Shown here in pieces: positions 9,256-18,418 of a stretch of DNA of 64,000 nt. Made by a program: the position numbers and the translations under genes. The notes below the pieces were generated by a model. The model had not been told where the DNA came from, made no database searches, and saw only the letters and a program-made list of their open reading frames with translations. The DNA comes from a candidate division WOR-3 bacterium (GTDB taxonomy: Bacteria > Hydrothermota > Tepidihabitantia > Tepidihabitantales > Tepidihabitantaceae), in NCBI GenBank assembly GCA_965649225.1, contig CBFGJX010000009.1, positions 29,200 to 93,199 of the forward strand. The letters run 5' to 3'. Positions within the stretch are counted from its first letter, which is position 1. Each line of letters opens with the position of its first letter.

Positions 9256-11751
9256 TCAGCCACCGCCGGCGGTATTGAAACCGAGACCGGCAAGCAAATT
9301 GACTATTTCGGCAACGTCATGGTGGTCATGCCCCAGAACCTTTTCCTTTATCGCCAACGCCTGCCGCAATAGCACAACTGCCTCTGACGCCTGATTTTGA
9401 GCTATTCGCAACCTGCCCATGCCAAGCAGTGCCCGCGCCAGATAAGGATGGTCTGGTCCCAGCGATTGTCGCCAGATCGTCAATGCCCGCTGGTACAACT
9501 GTTCGGCTTCGCTGTGCCGGCCGAGTTCAGTGCAGACCGTTGCCAGGCAAACGCAGGCCGACGCGACATCCGGATGATCGGGGCCGCAGGCAGCCTCTTC
9601 TATGGCCAGCGCCCGGCGGCAAAGCGGCTCAGCCTGGTCGCTTTGGCCGCGCGCAACACTCAGCAGGGCCATGCTGTCCAGTGCCTCGGCCACGGCCGGG
9701 TGGTCCGGTCCCAGCGCGACCTCTCTGATGCGGAGGGCGCGCTGCAGCAACGGTTCAGCTTGCGCCAGATTACCCTTGGCGCGGTACAGCGACGCTAGAT
9801 TCATCAGCGCGGTTGCCACTGCCGGATGATTCGGCCCCAGCGCGGCCTCGCGCGTCCGGAGCGAGCGCTCGTAGAGCGACTGTGCCTCATCATAGCGGCC
9901 CTCCCGGTAGCAGAGCGCGGCCAGGTTGTTCGCGGTACCGGCAGTATCGGGATGATCCGGCCCAAACACAGCGGTCCGGATTTCCAGCGCACGCCGGAAA
10001 AGCGGTTCAGCCTCTCGATAACGACCCTGTTCATAGTACAGTGCCGCGATGTTGTTCAATGACTGCGCCACCTCCGGGTGCACCGGCCCCAGCACCCGCT
10101 CTCTCACGGTGAGCGATTCAGCATACAGCGCCGCGGCCTCCTCGTAGCGGCCGAGTTTGCGCTGCAGCAGTGCAAAATAGTTCAAGCAGTTCCCGAGCTC
10201 GACGCTGAACGGGCCGCTGCTGGCAACCACATCCTGGCGCAACCGACCGAAAAAATGCACAAGCCACTGCCAGCGTGCAGCCTGGATGAAAGGCTCAGCA
10301 GCCACGATAAACCAGCCGACGAGGTGTGGGGGGGGAAGGACCTGCCGGCCGTAGTAGAAGGCCTCGGCAAGCATCGACTGATATCGAGAGTCGATATCCC
10401 GCGCAGTTATCCCCTTCAGGCGGCTCGAGTAGTGGTCAAACAGTACCCGGCAAATCGTCTGTCTGAGGCTGGGGTCAAGCTGATCGCGCAGGCTGGCACG
10501 CATCAGCCGGTGCATCTTCCACGTCCCTTCGCCCGTGCCTTGCTCAATGAAAGAAAACCGGCACAGCGTATCATAAGCGGTCAAGGGGTAGCCAGTCCCA
10601 AAACGATTGACCAGCAACTCGAACAACTCCCTGTCCCAGCACCGCGTCACCGAAAGCACCTTCAGCGTCTCCACCTCCGACTGATTCAGATGACGTAGAA
10701 ACCGCACCAGCACGTCGGTCGGCGCTCGGGCAAAATCGGCTGGTGCCGGCTGCTTGCCGGAACGAGTAATCTCGCGGTAGGTGTCAATTGCGAGGTCAAG
10801 GTAATAAGGCAGACCGTTGCTGCTCCTGATGATTACATCACGGATTTTCGCATCGAGAATCCCGCTTGACTCAAGAAACCGCTGGGCATCAACCGCGGCC
10901 AGTCCCCCGACCAGAAACTGACTCAGGCATTCATTCCAGCCCCGGTCCAGCTCGGCCCAGCGCAGCATCTCCCGGCCGCACACGACCCACAGCACCTCGG
11001 GTAGTTGTGCCACCAGCTCCCTGACCCAGGCGTCCCGAAAATGCGTCTTGCCTGCCGAACGCTCGGTCTCGGTCAACGCCTCGTAGGTATCAAGAAAAAT
11101 CACCGCCCGCCGGTCCCGCCCGACAAGGTGGTCACGAAGGTCTGCCGCCCAAAACATCGGCAACCGCTCCGCCACTTGCGCTGCCTCCATGTGCGGCAAC
11201 CCCTGCAGCTCCATCGAGCCCCGTCGTGTCCACCATTCCTGCATCAGCCTGCTGCCGCGGGCGATGAGCATCGGCAGTTTGGGTAACGCCCCAAGGAGGG
11301 GTACGTTACCAACCACCGACAGCAGTTCCCCAACCATGTCGCTTTCCTCCAGCAGCGGGAAAGTCTCCCTGGCCAAAGACAGCTGCGGCCGGGTTTTCTG
11401 CCAGTAGACAGCGTAAGCGATATCGAACGTTGGAAAGCTCACCCGGAAACGGCTGTGCAGAACCCTGCGCAATACAAATAGCGCGTTTTCTTGATCGCAA
11501 TGCGCGGGTACGTCAAAATCCACCGCCCCCCAGACAACATTCGTCCGCTCCGTAAGCAGCTCGGCCAGATGACGACGCAGGGCCGTTTTGCCGATACCGC
11601 CAACGCCGTAGAACACCAGCACCACCGGCTGCCCGCGCTGCGGCGCAGCCATTGCTTTCTCAAACGCGGCGATAAACTCTTCGCGGTCCGTGAACTGACG
11701 TTCGTCCGTACCCGCGGTGCCGCCCGGCGCAAACCTTGGTCTTATCGGCAT
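9256..11751 (-). CDS. STAND-like P-loop ATPase with kinesin-light-chain-type TPR array
   Basis: FTDRE, Walker A GVGGIGKT, Walker B IFLDTYE, GLPYYL; about 7 x 42-aa GPxHPxVA..LNNLA repeats. Confidence 0.9.
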   Translation of the reverse strand: MPIRPRFAPGGTAGTDERQFTDREEFIAAFEKAMAAPQRGQPVVLVFYGVGGIGKTALRRHLAELLTERTNVVWGAVDFDVPAHCDQENALFVLRRVLHSRFRVSFPTFDIAYAVYWQKTRPQLSLARETFPLLEESDMVGELLSVVGNVPLLGALPKLPMLIARGSRLMQEWWTRRGSMELQGLPHMEAAQVAERLPMFWAADLRDHLVGRDRRAVIFLDTYEALTETERSAGKTHFRDAWVRELVAQLPEVLWVVCGREMLRWAELDRGWNECLSQFLVGGLAAVDAQRFLESSGILDAKIRDVIIRSSNGLPYYLDLAIDTYREITRSGKQPAPADFARAPTDVLVRFLRHLNQSEVETLKVLSVTRCWDRELFELLVNRFGTGYPLTAYDTLCRFSFIEQGTGEGTWKMHRLMRASLRDQLDPSLRQTICRVLFDHYSSRLKGITARDIDSRYQSMLAEAFYYGRQVLPPPHLVGWFIVAAEPFIQAARWQWLVHFFGRLRQDVVASSGPFSVELGNCLNYFALLQRKLGRYEEAAALYAESLTVRERVLGPVHPEVAQSLNNIAALYYEQGRYREAEPLFRRALEIRTAVFGPDHPDTAGTANNLAALCYREGRYDEAQSLYERSLRTREAALGPNHPAVATALMNLASLYRAKGNLAQAEPLLQRALRIREVALGPDHPAVAEALDSMALLSVARGQSDQAEPLCRRALAIEEAACGPDHPDVASACVCLATVCTELGRHSEAEQLYQRALTIWRQSLGPDHPYLARALLGMGRLRIAQNQASEAVVLLRQALAIKEKVLGHDHHDVAEIVNLLAGLGFNTAGGG

Positions 11752-11782
11752 TGTGGCTTCCTAGGTATTCCCCAACGTCCCG

Positions 11783-11811
11783 AATCTACCACCCCCGGTC
11801 GTCGCTGTCAA
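11783..11811 (-). promoter_or_regulatory. Sigma70 promoter of the ATPase-TPR gene
   Basis: TTGACA-17 bp-TAGATT on the minus strand. Confidence 0.6.
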
Positions 11812-11926
11812 AGCTGGCCCGCCTCGACCGCGGCCGCCGAGTGCATCCCAACCCGGCATTTCCGGCACACGGCCAGCCACATCAATACATTGTCCTGCCA
11901 GCCGCAACCCGCCCCCTTCTCCGCCA

Positions 11927-12100
11927 AGCCACAATCGTCCGTCTAGCCACTGCCAGCCCTTCGGCCTCCAGCCCAGCCCCGGCCCGAACGACGTAACCTC
12001 GTTGTCGCCGGGCGTCTACTTCATACGGCAGGTGTCCGGCGTATCCCGTGACGCTGCGGCCACAAGCCGAATCATCATCGCTAGGCAGGACCGGCAATAA
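11927..12100 (+). pseudogene. Orphan CTD-coding fragment containing direct repeat copy B (11978-12081)
   Basis: ATIVR in one frame, then PGPNDVTSLSPGVYFIRQVSGVSRDAAATSRIIIAR in another; no passenger domain; followed by a GCGGCGGG hairpin like copy A. Confidence 0.8.
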
Positions 12101-12340
12101 GATTGCGGCGGCGGGCTCCCTCCCCGCCGTCCTCTACTTTTGAAACTGAGTTCACTGGAACAAACGTGGGGCCGAACTGACTGGTCTCACCTGGGTGTTA
12201 CCACCCCGACGGAGACTCTAGAGCAACGGAGCAAACCGTCTATGGTTAGTAGCAGCCTCGGGAACGAGGCCAGTCATGCTACTGGTGGCCCGGGTGCATT
12301 GTGCAGGCAGCTGTGAAGGGAAAACCGGGAATCTCAATCC

Positions 12341-13236
12341 CTAGCTGGGTCGCCGTGCTTTAGCGAGTGCCGATGAAAATCCTCGCCCGTACAGCTCGCT
12401 GACATCGCTCAAGGTTTTTGCGTCACGGAAACACATGGGAAGCAGACCAACGAATATGCCCTTGGCGCCGCCAAGTCTCCATAACTGAAGCCCACCGTCT
12501 GAAGACTGATGCGTGTCGCGCAATGCGGGATGCGTTAGTAAGAGAATGGTCCTCTCTCGACGATACGTAACACCGTAGCTCAGAATCTGGTGCACATCGT
12601 GCCGATACTCTTCGTACCACTCCTTTGACCGGACGGCTGCTGGTGGTCCGCTCAGTTCGTCGTAGTGACGTTTATATTTCGCGTCAATGACGATGGCGGT
12701 GTGTTCGGATAGCAGCACTACGTCGGGCTTAAGCGATTGAAGCATTACCCTATCCCTCTCCCCGATGGGCAAGATTGGCACGCGAGACGAATCATCCCGA
12801 CCTCTCAGGACAGTGAAGCCATTCAACGCAGCCCACTCCGAAGCAACGTGAACAACAAGAATCTCGAAAAGTGTCTTCGCGTCCACCGCGAAGGCACAAC
12901 GAACCGCGTCGTTTTGGGAAAGCACTCCGCTCAACGCGGCCAAGTTCGCCACCTCTGCGTAGACCCCACCGTAGCCGGTCCAAGAGCCAGTTCTCGGCAG
13001 TCGGCCCAGAACATCCTTGGTAGGCCTAAGGGAACCGAATCTGGCCAGCAGCTGGTGGAGCATTTGGAGGTCTTGTCTAAGTTCAGATGGAACGGATGAC
13101 CAGTCCCTGATGGAGTCCACAACTGCGACAAGCGCCCATTTCATCACTTGATGCGGTGCTGCATCCAGCGTGACGGCCGGTTCACGCAACTTGTATTCCA
13201 AACGTCCGTATGGTGCCCGCCGAACCGCATAGTCAG
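12341..13236 (-). pseudogene. mcrC: McrC-like PD-(D/E)xK nuclease subunit, 5'-truncated at the IS3 end
   Basis: LFE, LKPDVVL..IVIDAKYKRH, HDVHQILSY motifs; the ORF-track start lies inside the IS inverted repeat. Confidence 0.75.
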
Positions 13237-13266
13237 TGATCTGTCCCCGATTCGTTGGACACGTTT

Positions 13267-14166
13267 TCACGCGGCTGCTGTCTGTTTCTCGAAGTCGTTC
13301 GGGCTCATGTAGCCCAAGCTCGAGTGCAGTCGCCGGCTATTGTAGAACAACTCGATGTAGCTGACAATCGCTGAGCGGGCTTCGGCCCGGGTCCGAAACC
13401 GCCGCCGGTAGACCAGCTCCACCTTCAGCGTCCGAAAGAAACTCTCCGCCACCGCGTTGTCGTAAGGGTCACCCTTCCGACTCATGCTCGACAATATGCC
13501 GCGTCGCCTCAGTGCCCTGCGGAACTTGCGGCAGGCATACTGCACGCCGCGGTCCGAGTGATGAATCAGGCCCGGCATTGGACAGCGCCGCCCGACCGCC
13601 ATTACCAGTGCAGCCAGCACCAGTTGCCGGTCCAGCCGGCTCGACAGCGCCCAGCCGACCACCCGGTGCGAGCAGAGGTCCAGCTCCGTCGCCAGGTACA
13701 GCCAGCCCTCATCAGTCGGGATATAGGTGATGTCTGCTGCCCACACCCGGTCCAGCTCTCCCACCTTGAAGTTCCGCTCCAACAGGTTGGGTGAGAGCGC
13801 AAACTCGTGAGATGAGTCGGTCGTCGGCCGGTACTTGCGATGCTGCACCGCCACAATGCCGTGCCGCTGCATCATCCGCGCTATCCGGTTGAGTCCCCAG
13901 CACATACGGCGCCGACGCAACTCGGCATGGATGCGTCGGCTGCCGTAGGTTCTGTCGCTCTTCTCGTACTCCTCCCGGATCAGAACCAAGAGGTAGCGGT
14001 TGCGTCGCTCGCGCCGGCTCTCCGGTCGGTTGATGGCGGCATAGTAGCTGCTGCGGGGAAGCTCGGCTATCTCGCACTTCCGTCTGACCGGCAACCGGCT
14101 CGGGTGCTCACTCACCAGCCGGGCCTTCAATGCGCTTCCCGCGCCAGCCAGACGGCGGCTTTTTTT
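13267..14166 (-). CDS. IS3 OrfB, DDE integrase core (expressed via -1 frameshift)
   Basis: WAADITYI, HHSDRGVQY, DNAVAESFFRTLKVE. Confidence 0.92.
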   Translation of the reverse strand, partial: KKSRRLAGAGSALKARLVSEHPSRLPVRRKCEIAELPRSSYYAAINRPESRRERRNRYLLVLIREEYEKSDRTYGSRRIHAELRRRRMCWGLNRIARMMQRHGIVAVQHRKYRPTTDSSHEFALSPNLLERNFKVGELDRVWAADITYIPTDEGWLYLATELDLCSHRVVGWALSSRLDRQLVLAALVMAVGRRCPMPGLIHHSDRGVQYACRKFRRALRRRGILSSMSRKGDPYDNAVAESFFRTLKVELVYRRRFRTRAEARSAIVSYIELFYNSRRLHSSLGYMSPNDFEKQTAAA

Positions 14167-14429
14167 AAGAAATCCCGCTCCTCCCGCAAAACGGCGTTGT
14201 CCCGCCGCAACCGACGGTTCTCCTCGGCAAGGTTCAGCGCTTCCTTGCCCGCATTCGCCGGCGCGCCCCACTGCCGAAACTGCCGCCGCCAGTTGTGCAG
14301 GGTGTTTTCGTTTATGTCCAGATCTCGGGCCGCCTGGGCTACCGACAGACCGCCTTCGGTCGTCAGCCGGACCGCTTCGATCTTGTACTCACGCGTATAG
14401 ACCTTGCGTGGCTGCTTCTCCGTACTCAA
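14127..14429 (-). CDS. IS3 OrfA, HTH plus leucine zipper
   Basis: YTREYKIEAV..VAQAARDLDI..TLHNW; LREERDFLKKAA. Confidence 0.92.
   Translation of the reverse strand: MSTEKQPRKVYTREYKIEAVRLTTEGGLSVAQAARDLDINENTLHNWRRQFRQWGAPANAGKEALNLAEENRRLRRDNAVLREERDFLKKAAVWLAREAH
14159..14166 (-). promoter_or_regulatory. Programmed -1 frameshift slippery site A7G
   Basis: TT AAAAAAA G in the orfA/orfB overlap, standard for IS3. Confidence 0.85.
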
Positions 14430-14560
14430 AAAACACCTCCGATTCGATGCTAAACCAACCAGTCAGTTTGTCCATCGAATCGGGGGCACCCCAGCGGGCG
14501 CAACAGACCTGGGCCCGGGATGCGCTGGATTGACGCCCGCCCACCCGCTACAATCAACGC

Positions 14561-15970
14561 TTGAGCGAACCGCAGACGCAGGGTAACGGCCGCTTCGGCC
14601 GGTCGGCGCGAATGGGTGAACGGCCCGTCGGCAGTCTGCTGGTGTCGTTTTCCCTGCCCGCACTCGTCGGCATGGGTGTTCAGGCCACCTACAACATCGT
14701 CGACACCGCCTTTGTCGGCCGGCTCGGCCACACGGCCATCGCCGCACTGACGCTGGTCTGGCCGCTGCAGCTGGTAATGCTGGCTCTGTCGGTCGGAGTC
14801 GGCGTCGGCGCCAACTCGGTCATCTCCCGCCGTCTGGGCGCAAAAGACCAATGCACTGCAAACCGGGCTGGTGCCCAGGCCATTCTACTCGCGCTGCTGT
14901 CGGCCTCGGTGGTGATGACAGTGCTGCTGACGTGGACCGACCCGATTCTGCGCACTGTCGGTGCCCGGCCCGACACTCTGCCCCTTGCCCGCGTCTACCT
15001 GCGCACCATCGCCTGGTTCGCGCCGCTGGTCTTCTTTCCGATGGTAGCCAACAACCTCATCCGCGCCGAGGGCAATCCGGTCCAGTCGATGGTCGTGATG
15101 ATAATATCGGCGCTGGTGAACATCGCGCTCGACCCGCTGTTCATCTTCGGGTTCGGCCCGGTGCCGGCGCTGGGTGTGCAGGGCGCGGCCATCGCCACCG
15201 TCATCGCCAGCGGTGTTTCATTTGTCCTCTACGCCATCTATTTTGCCAGTCCCAGAAGCGGCTACCACTTCCGCCCGCCGGACTTTCTGCCCCGACCCCG
15301 GCTCTGGACTCGCATCTGGGCAGTCGGTGCGCCCTCGATGGCAATCCAGCTCTCCGGCAGCATCGTCACCACCGTTGCCAACGGCATCGTCGCCGGGTTC
15401 GGCTCGATGCCCCTCGCGGCCTACGGCGTGGCGTTCCGCCTGTTCTCTTTCGCCTTCATGCCCTGCCTCGGCATCAGTCAGGGCGTCCTGCCCCTTGCCG
15501 GGTACAACTTCGGCGCGGGCCGGCTCGACCGAGTGCGCGAGACCGTGCTCAAGGGCGCGCTCGCCGCCGTCGCCATCACCGCCGGATTCAGCCTGCTCTT
15601 CATCGCCCTGCCCGGCGTCTTCGTCTCGGTCTTCAACCGCGAACCCGGCTTTGTCCGGCTCGCTGCCCACGGCCTGCGCATCGCCTCGCTCGGCTTCGCT
15701 CCGGTCGGCGCCGCGATCGTGTTCGCCGCCTTCTTCCAGGCCATTGGCCGTGCCCTGCCGGCGATGCTGCTGTCGCTGGCGCGGCAGTTCATCTTCTATC
15801 TGCCGGCACTGGTCATTCTCGCCCGGCTGTTCGGGGTCGAAGGCTTCTGGTTCGCGATTCCGGTCTCGGACCTGCTTGCGACCACGGCTTCGGTTATCTG
15901 GACCGCGGTGATGTTTCACCGGCTCGGCATCCCCCTGCTCCGACAACCTCCGGCCTTCACGCGGCCTTAG
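14561..15970 (+). CDS. MATE-family efflux transporter
   Basis: YNIVDTAFVGRLG, NIALDPLFIFG, LGVQGAAIAT, GYNFGAG; about 12 TM segments. Confidence 0.93.
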   Translation: MSEPQTQGNGRFGRSARMGERPVGSLLVSFSLPALVGMGVQATYNIVDTAFVGRLGHTAIAALTLVWPLQLVMLALSVGVGVGANSVISRRLGAKDQCTANRAGAQAILLALLSASVVMTVLLTWTDPILRTVGARPDTLPLARVYLRTIAWFAPLVFFPMVANNLIRAEGNPVQSMVVMIISALVNIALDPLFIFGFGPVPALGVQGAAIATVIASGVSFVLYAIYFASPRSGYHFRPPDFLPRPRLWTRIWAVGAPSMAIQLSGSIVTTVANGIVAGFGSMPLAAYGVAFRLFSFAFMPCLGISQGVLPLAGYNFGAGRLDRVRETVLKGALAAVAITAGFSLLFIALPGVFVSVFNREPGFVRLAAHGLRIASLGFAPVGAAIVFAAFFQAIGRALPAMLLSLARQFIFYLPALVILARLFGVEGFWFAIPVSDLLATTASVIWTAVMFHRLGIPLLRQPPAFTRP

Positions 15971-16033
15971 CCCAGCGTTTGCACTGTGTTGCCATTTGCG
16001 GGTTAGCATCGCCGTCTCAACCGAGGTGAAACG

Positions 16034-16477
16034 ATGACAGCCGACAGACCAACCGTGCTCTTTTTGTGCAGTGCCAACACCTGCCGCAGCCAGATGGCCG
16101 AGGCGTTCCTGCGCCGGCACGCCGGCAATCGCTTCGAGGTCCAAAGCGCCGGCATCACCGCCGGCACTGAGGTTCATCCGCTTGCGGTGCGGGTGATGGC
16201 CGAGAAGGGCATCGACATTTCCTCTCACCGGCCCAAGGGCGTCCGCGAGTTCCTGGGGCAGAACCGGGTCGACTACGCGATTGTCGTTTGCCAGACTGCG
16301 GCCGAGGCCTGCCCGACCTTCTGGCCCGGCGCCATCCAACGGCTGGTCTGGCCGTTTCCCGACCCGGCCGCGGCCATGGGCAGTGAGGAAGAGAAACTTG
16401 CGGTGTTTCGCCGGGTGCGCGACGCCATCGAAGCCCGCATCCTCGAGTGGCTCGACACGCTCCCGCCCGAGACCTGA
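16034..16477 (+). CDS. arsC: Arsenate reductase, thioredoxin-coupled / LMW-PTP fold
   Basis: CSANTCRSQMAEA P-loop, C-x6-C resolving pair, FPDP. Confidence 0.88.
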   Translation: MTADRPTVLFLCSANTCRSQMAEAFLRRHAGNRFEVQSAGITAGTEVHPLAVRVMAEKGIDISSHRPKGVREFLGQNRVDYAIVVCQTAAEACPTFWPGAIQRLVWPFPDPAAAMGSEEEKLAVFRRVRDAIEARILEWLDTLPPET

Positions 16478-16486
16478 CGCCGCCGG

Positions 16487-17587
16487 CTAGCGCTGGCGCA
16501 GCAGCAGGATAAAGGCCAGCGGCACCACAAAGAAAGCCGTCACCACGTATACCAGTGCCAGTATCCGGTGCCGGCCGCAGTAGCCGCTCCAGCGCCGGGC
16601 CAGCGCCAGCGGCACTCGCCGCAGCGGTAGCCAGAACGCGACGCCGAGAACGTTGAACAGCAGGTGGGCAAACGCAATCTGGACCGCGGCCGACGACCCG
16701 GCGGCGAGCGCGGCCAGCCAAGCGGTAACAGTGGTGCCGACATTCGCGCCCAGCGCATAGGGATAGAACCGCTCCAGCGCCAGCAGGCCCGCGCCGACCA
16801 GCGGCACTGCGATAGCGGTTGCCGCCGAGCTTGACTGCATCAGCGCGGTGAGAACGAGCCCGAGCAGCAACGCCCGGCCGGTCCGGGCCAGCAGCCGCTG
16901 GTCGATGGCGTGCTGGGCCCGGGTGCCGACCAGCGCCTTCATCATCTGCAGCATCACGCGCATCGACAGCAGCAGCAACAGCAGCGCCGCGCCCAGCACC
17001 AGCGGTGCGCTTCCCCGGGTCAGCCCGACTATCGCGTCGCGCAGCGGGCCGGTGACGACCTTCAGAGGGCTCTGAAACGTCAGCCCGCCCTGACCCTGGA
17101 AAGCCTGCTCCAGCAGCGCGGCCAGCCGGGCCAGCGGCGAGAAAGCGACCTCGAGCGGCCATATCACCGCCGCGGTCAGGATGTTGAAGAAGTCCAGCAC
17201 GTTGGAGGCCGCGAACGCGCGCTCGAACTCGCCGCGGCGTCCGACGTGCGACAGCGACACCAGCGAGTTGGTGACGGTCGTGCCGATGTTCGCGCCGATG
17301 ACCATCGGAATCGCCTGCCGCACGCCAAGCGTGCCCAGCGCCACCAGCCCGATGACTATCGAGGTTGTCGAGGACGAACTCTGCAGGACGGCCGTGGCCA
17401 GTATGCCGACAAACAGGCCCGAAACCGGGCTGGCGGTCAGCGCAAACAGGCTCTGCGCGAATCCCGCGCCCAGGCCCGAGAAACCGCGGCTGAGCAGCTC
17501 GATGGATACAAGGAAGCAGTACAGCGCGCCGGCGAACACCGCGCCGCGCATCGCGCCGGCAATCGGCTGCAAGGCTCGCCGCTTCAT
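16487..17587 (-). CDS. Na+/phosphate cotransporter (NptA/SLC34-like)
   Basis: Two QSSS motifs, GANIGTT and GANVGTT. Confidence 0.9.
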   Translation of the reverse strand: MKRRALQPIAGAMRGAVFAGALYCFLVSIELLSRGFSGLGAGFAQSLFALTASPVSGLFVGILATAVLQSSSSTTSIVIGLVALGTLGVRQAIPMVIGANIGTTVTNSLVSLSHVGRRGEFERAFAASNVLDFFNILTAAVIWPLEVAFSPLARLAALLEQAFQGQGGLTFQSPLKVVTGPLRDAIVGLTRGSAPLVLGAALLLLLLSMRVMLQMMKALVGTRAQHAIDQRLLARTGRALLLGLVLTALMQSSSAATAIAVPLVGAGLLALERFYPYALGANVGTTVTAWLAALAAGSSAAVQIAFAHLLFNVLGVAFWLPLRRVPLALARRWSGYCGRHRILALVYVVTAFFVVPLAFILLLRQR

Positions 17588-17701
17588 CGACCGGACGAGT
17601 CTAGGAAACTGCCGCCGGCCGGTCAACGGCCGGATTGCGGCCGGCCCGAAACTGCCCCCGCGCCTGATGGACACGGCCCGTCTGCCGAGTAGCATTTCCC
17701 G

Positions 17702-18130
<429 letters not shown>

Positions 18131-18418
18131 AACTCCTGTTACGACTACGGCGACCGCTGACTGCCCGAGAATCTGCGGCCTGTCTGGCGCAGCTTTGAGC
18201 ACTGACACCGCTTCGACCACCACCGCCCCTACCACCGTCCGGTAGCCAACCCCATTGTTCGGCAACCGGGCAGCTTCCCCTCCCGGCTGCCAGCCGACAA
18301 CAACCGGCCAGTCAACCAGTTAACCAACAACACCAGGCGAAACCCCGGCTGTTTTGGCTGACAGCGAATTAACAGCGGCATAATTGAGCATTGGCCGAGT
18401 CCGGGCTAGAATTCCCTT

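Larger units (their letters stand above)
13237..14493 (-). mobile_element. IS3-family insertion sequence, 1257 bp
   Basis: 5'-TG...CA-3' ends with imperfect IRs TGATCTGTCCCCGATTCGTTGGACA / TGGGGTGCCCCCGATTCGATGGACA; orfA/orfB; no target duplication (TCAG vs GCGG). Confidence 0.93.

Noticed and set aside
9300..10200. 126-bp periodicity as a DNA repeat array
   Set aside because: Fully explained by the 42-aa TPR units of the coding gene
2583..11751. Integron cassette array
   Set aside because: No recurring attC (RYYYAAC...GTTRRRY) sites seen, several genes overlap, orientations are mixed, no intI
2401..12081. Repeat pair as a DGR template/variable repeat
   Set aside because: Mismatches are G/C, A/C, C/T and C/A, not adenine-specific in one copy, and there is no reverse transcriptase in the window
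12103..12146. Hairpin followed by TTGAAAC as a second CRISPR-like repeat
   Set aside because: Better explained as the terminator homologous to the hairpin after copy A; length and tail do not fit a repeat type I recognise
12168..12190. GGGGCCGAA as a tmRNA or tRNA start
   Set aside because: No following TTCGA motif, T-arm or matching acceptor 3' strand
18290..18345. CAAC-rich stretch upstream of alkaline phosphatase as a Pho box or tandem repeat
   Set aside because: Irregular spacing and no match to the CTGTCA direct-repeat pattern
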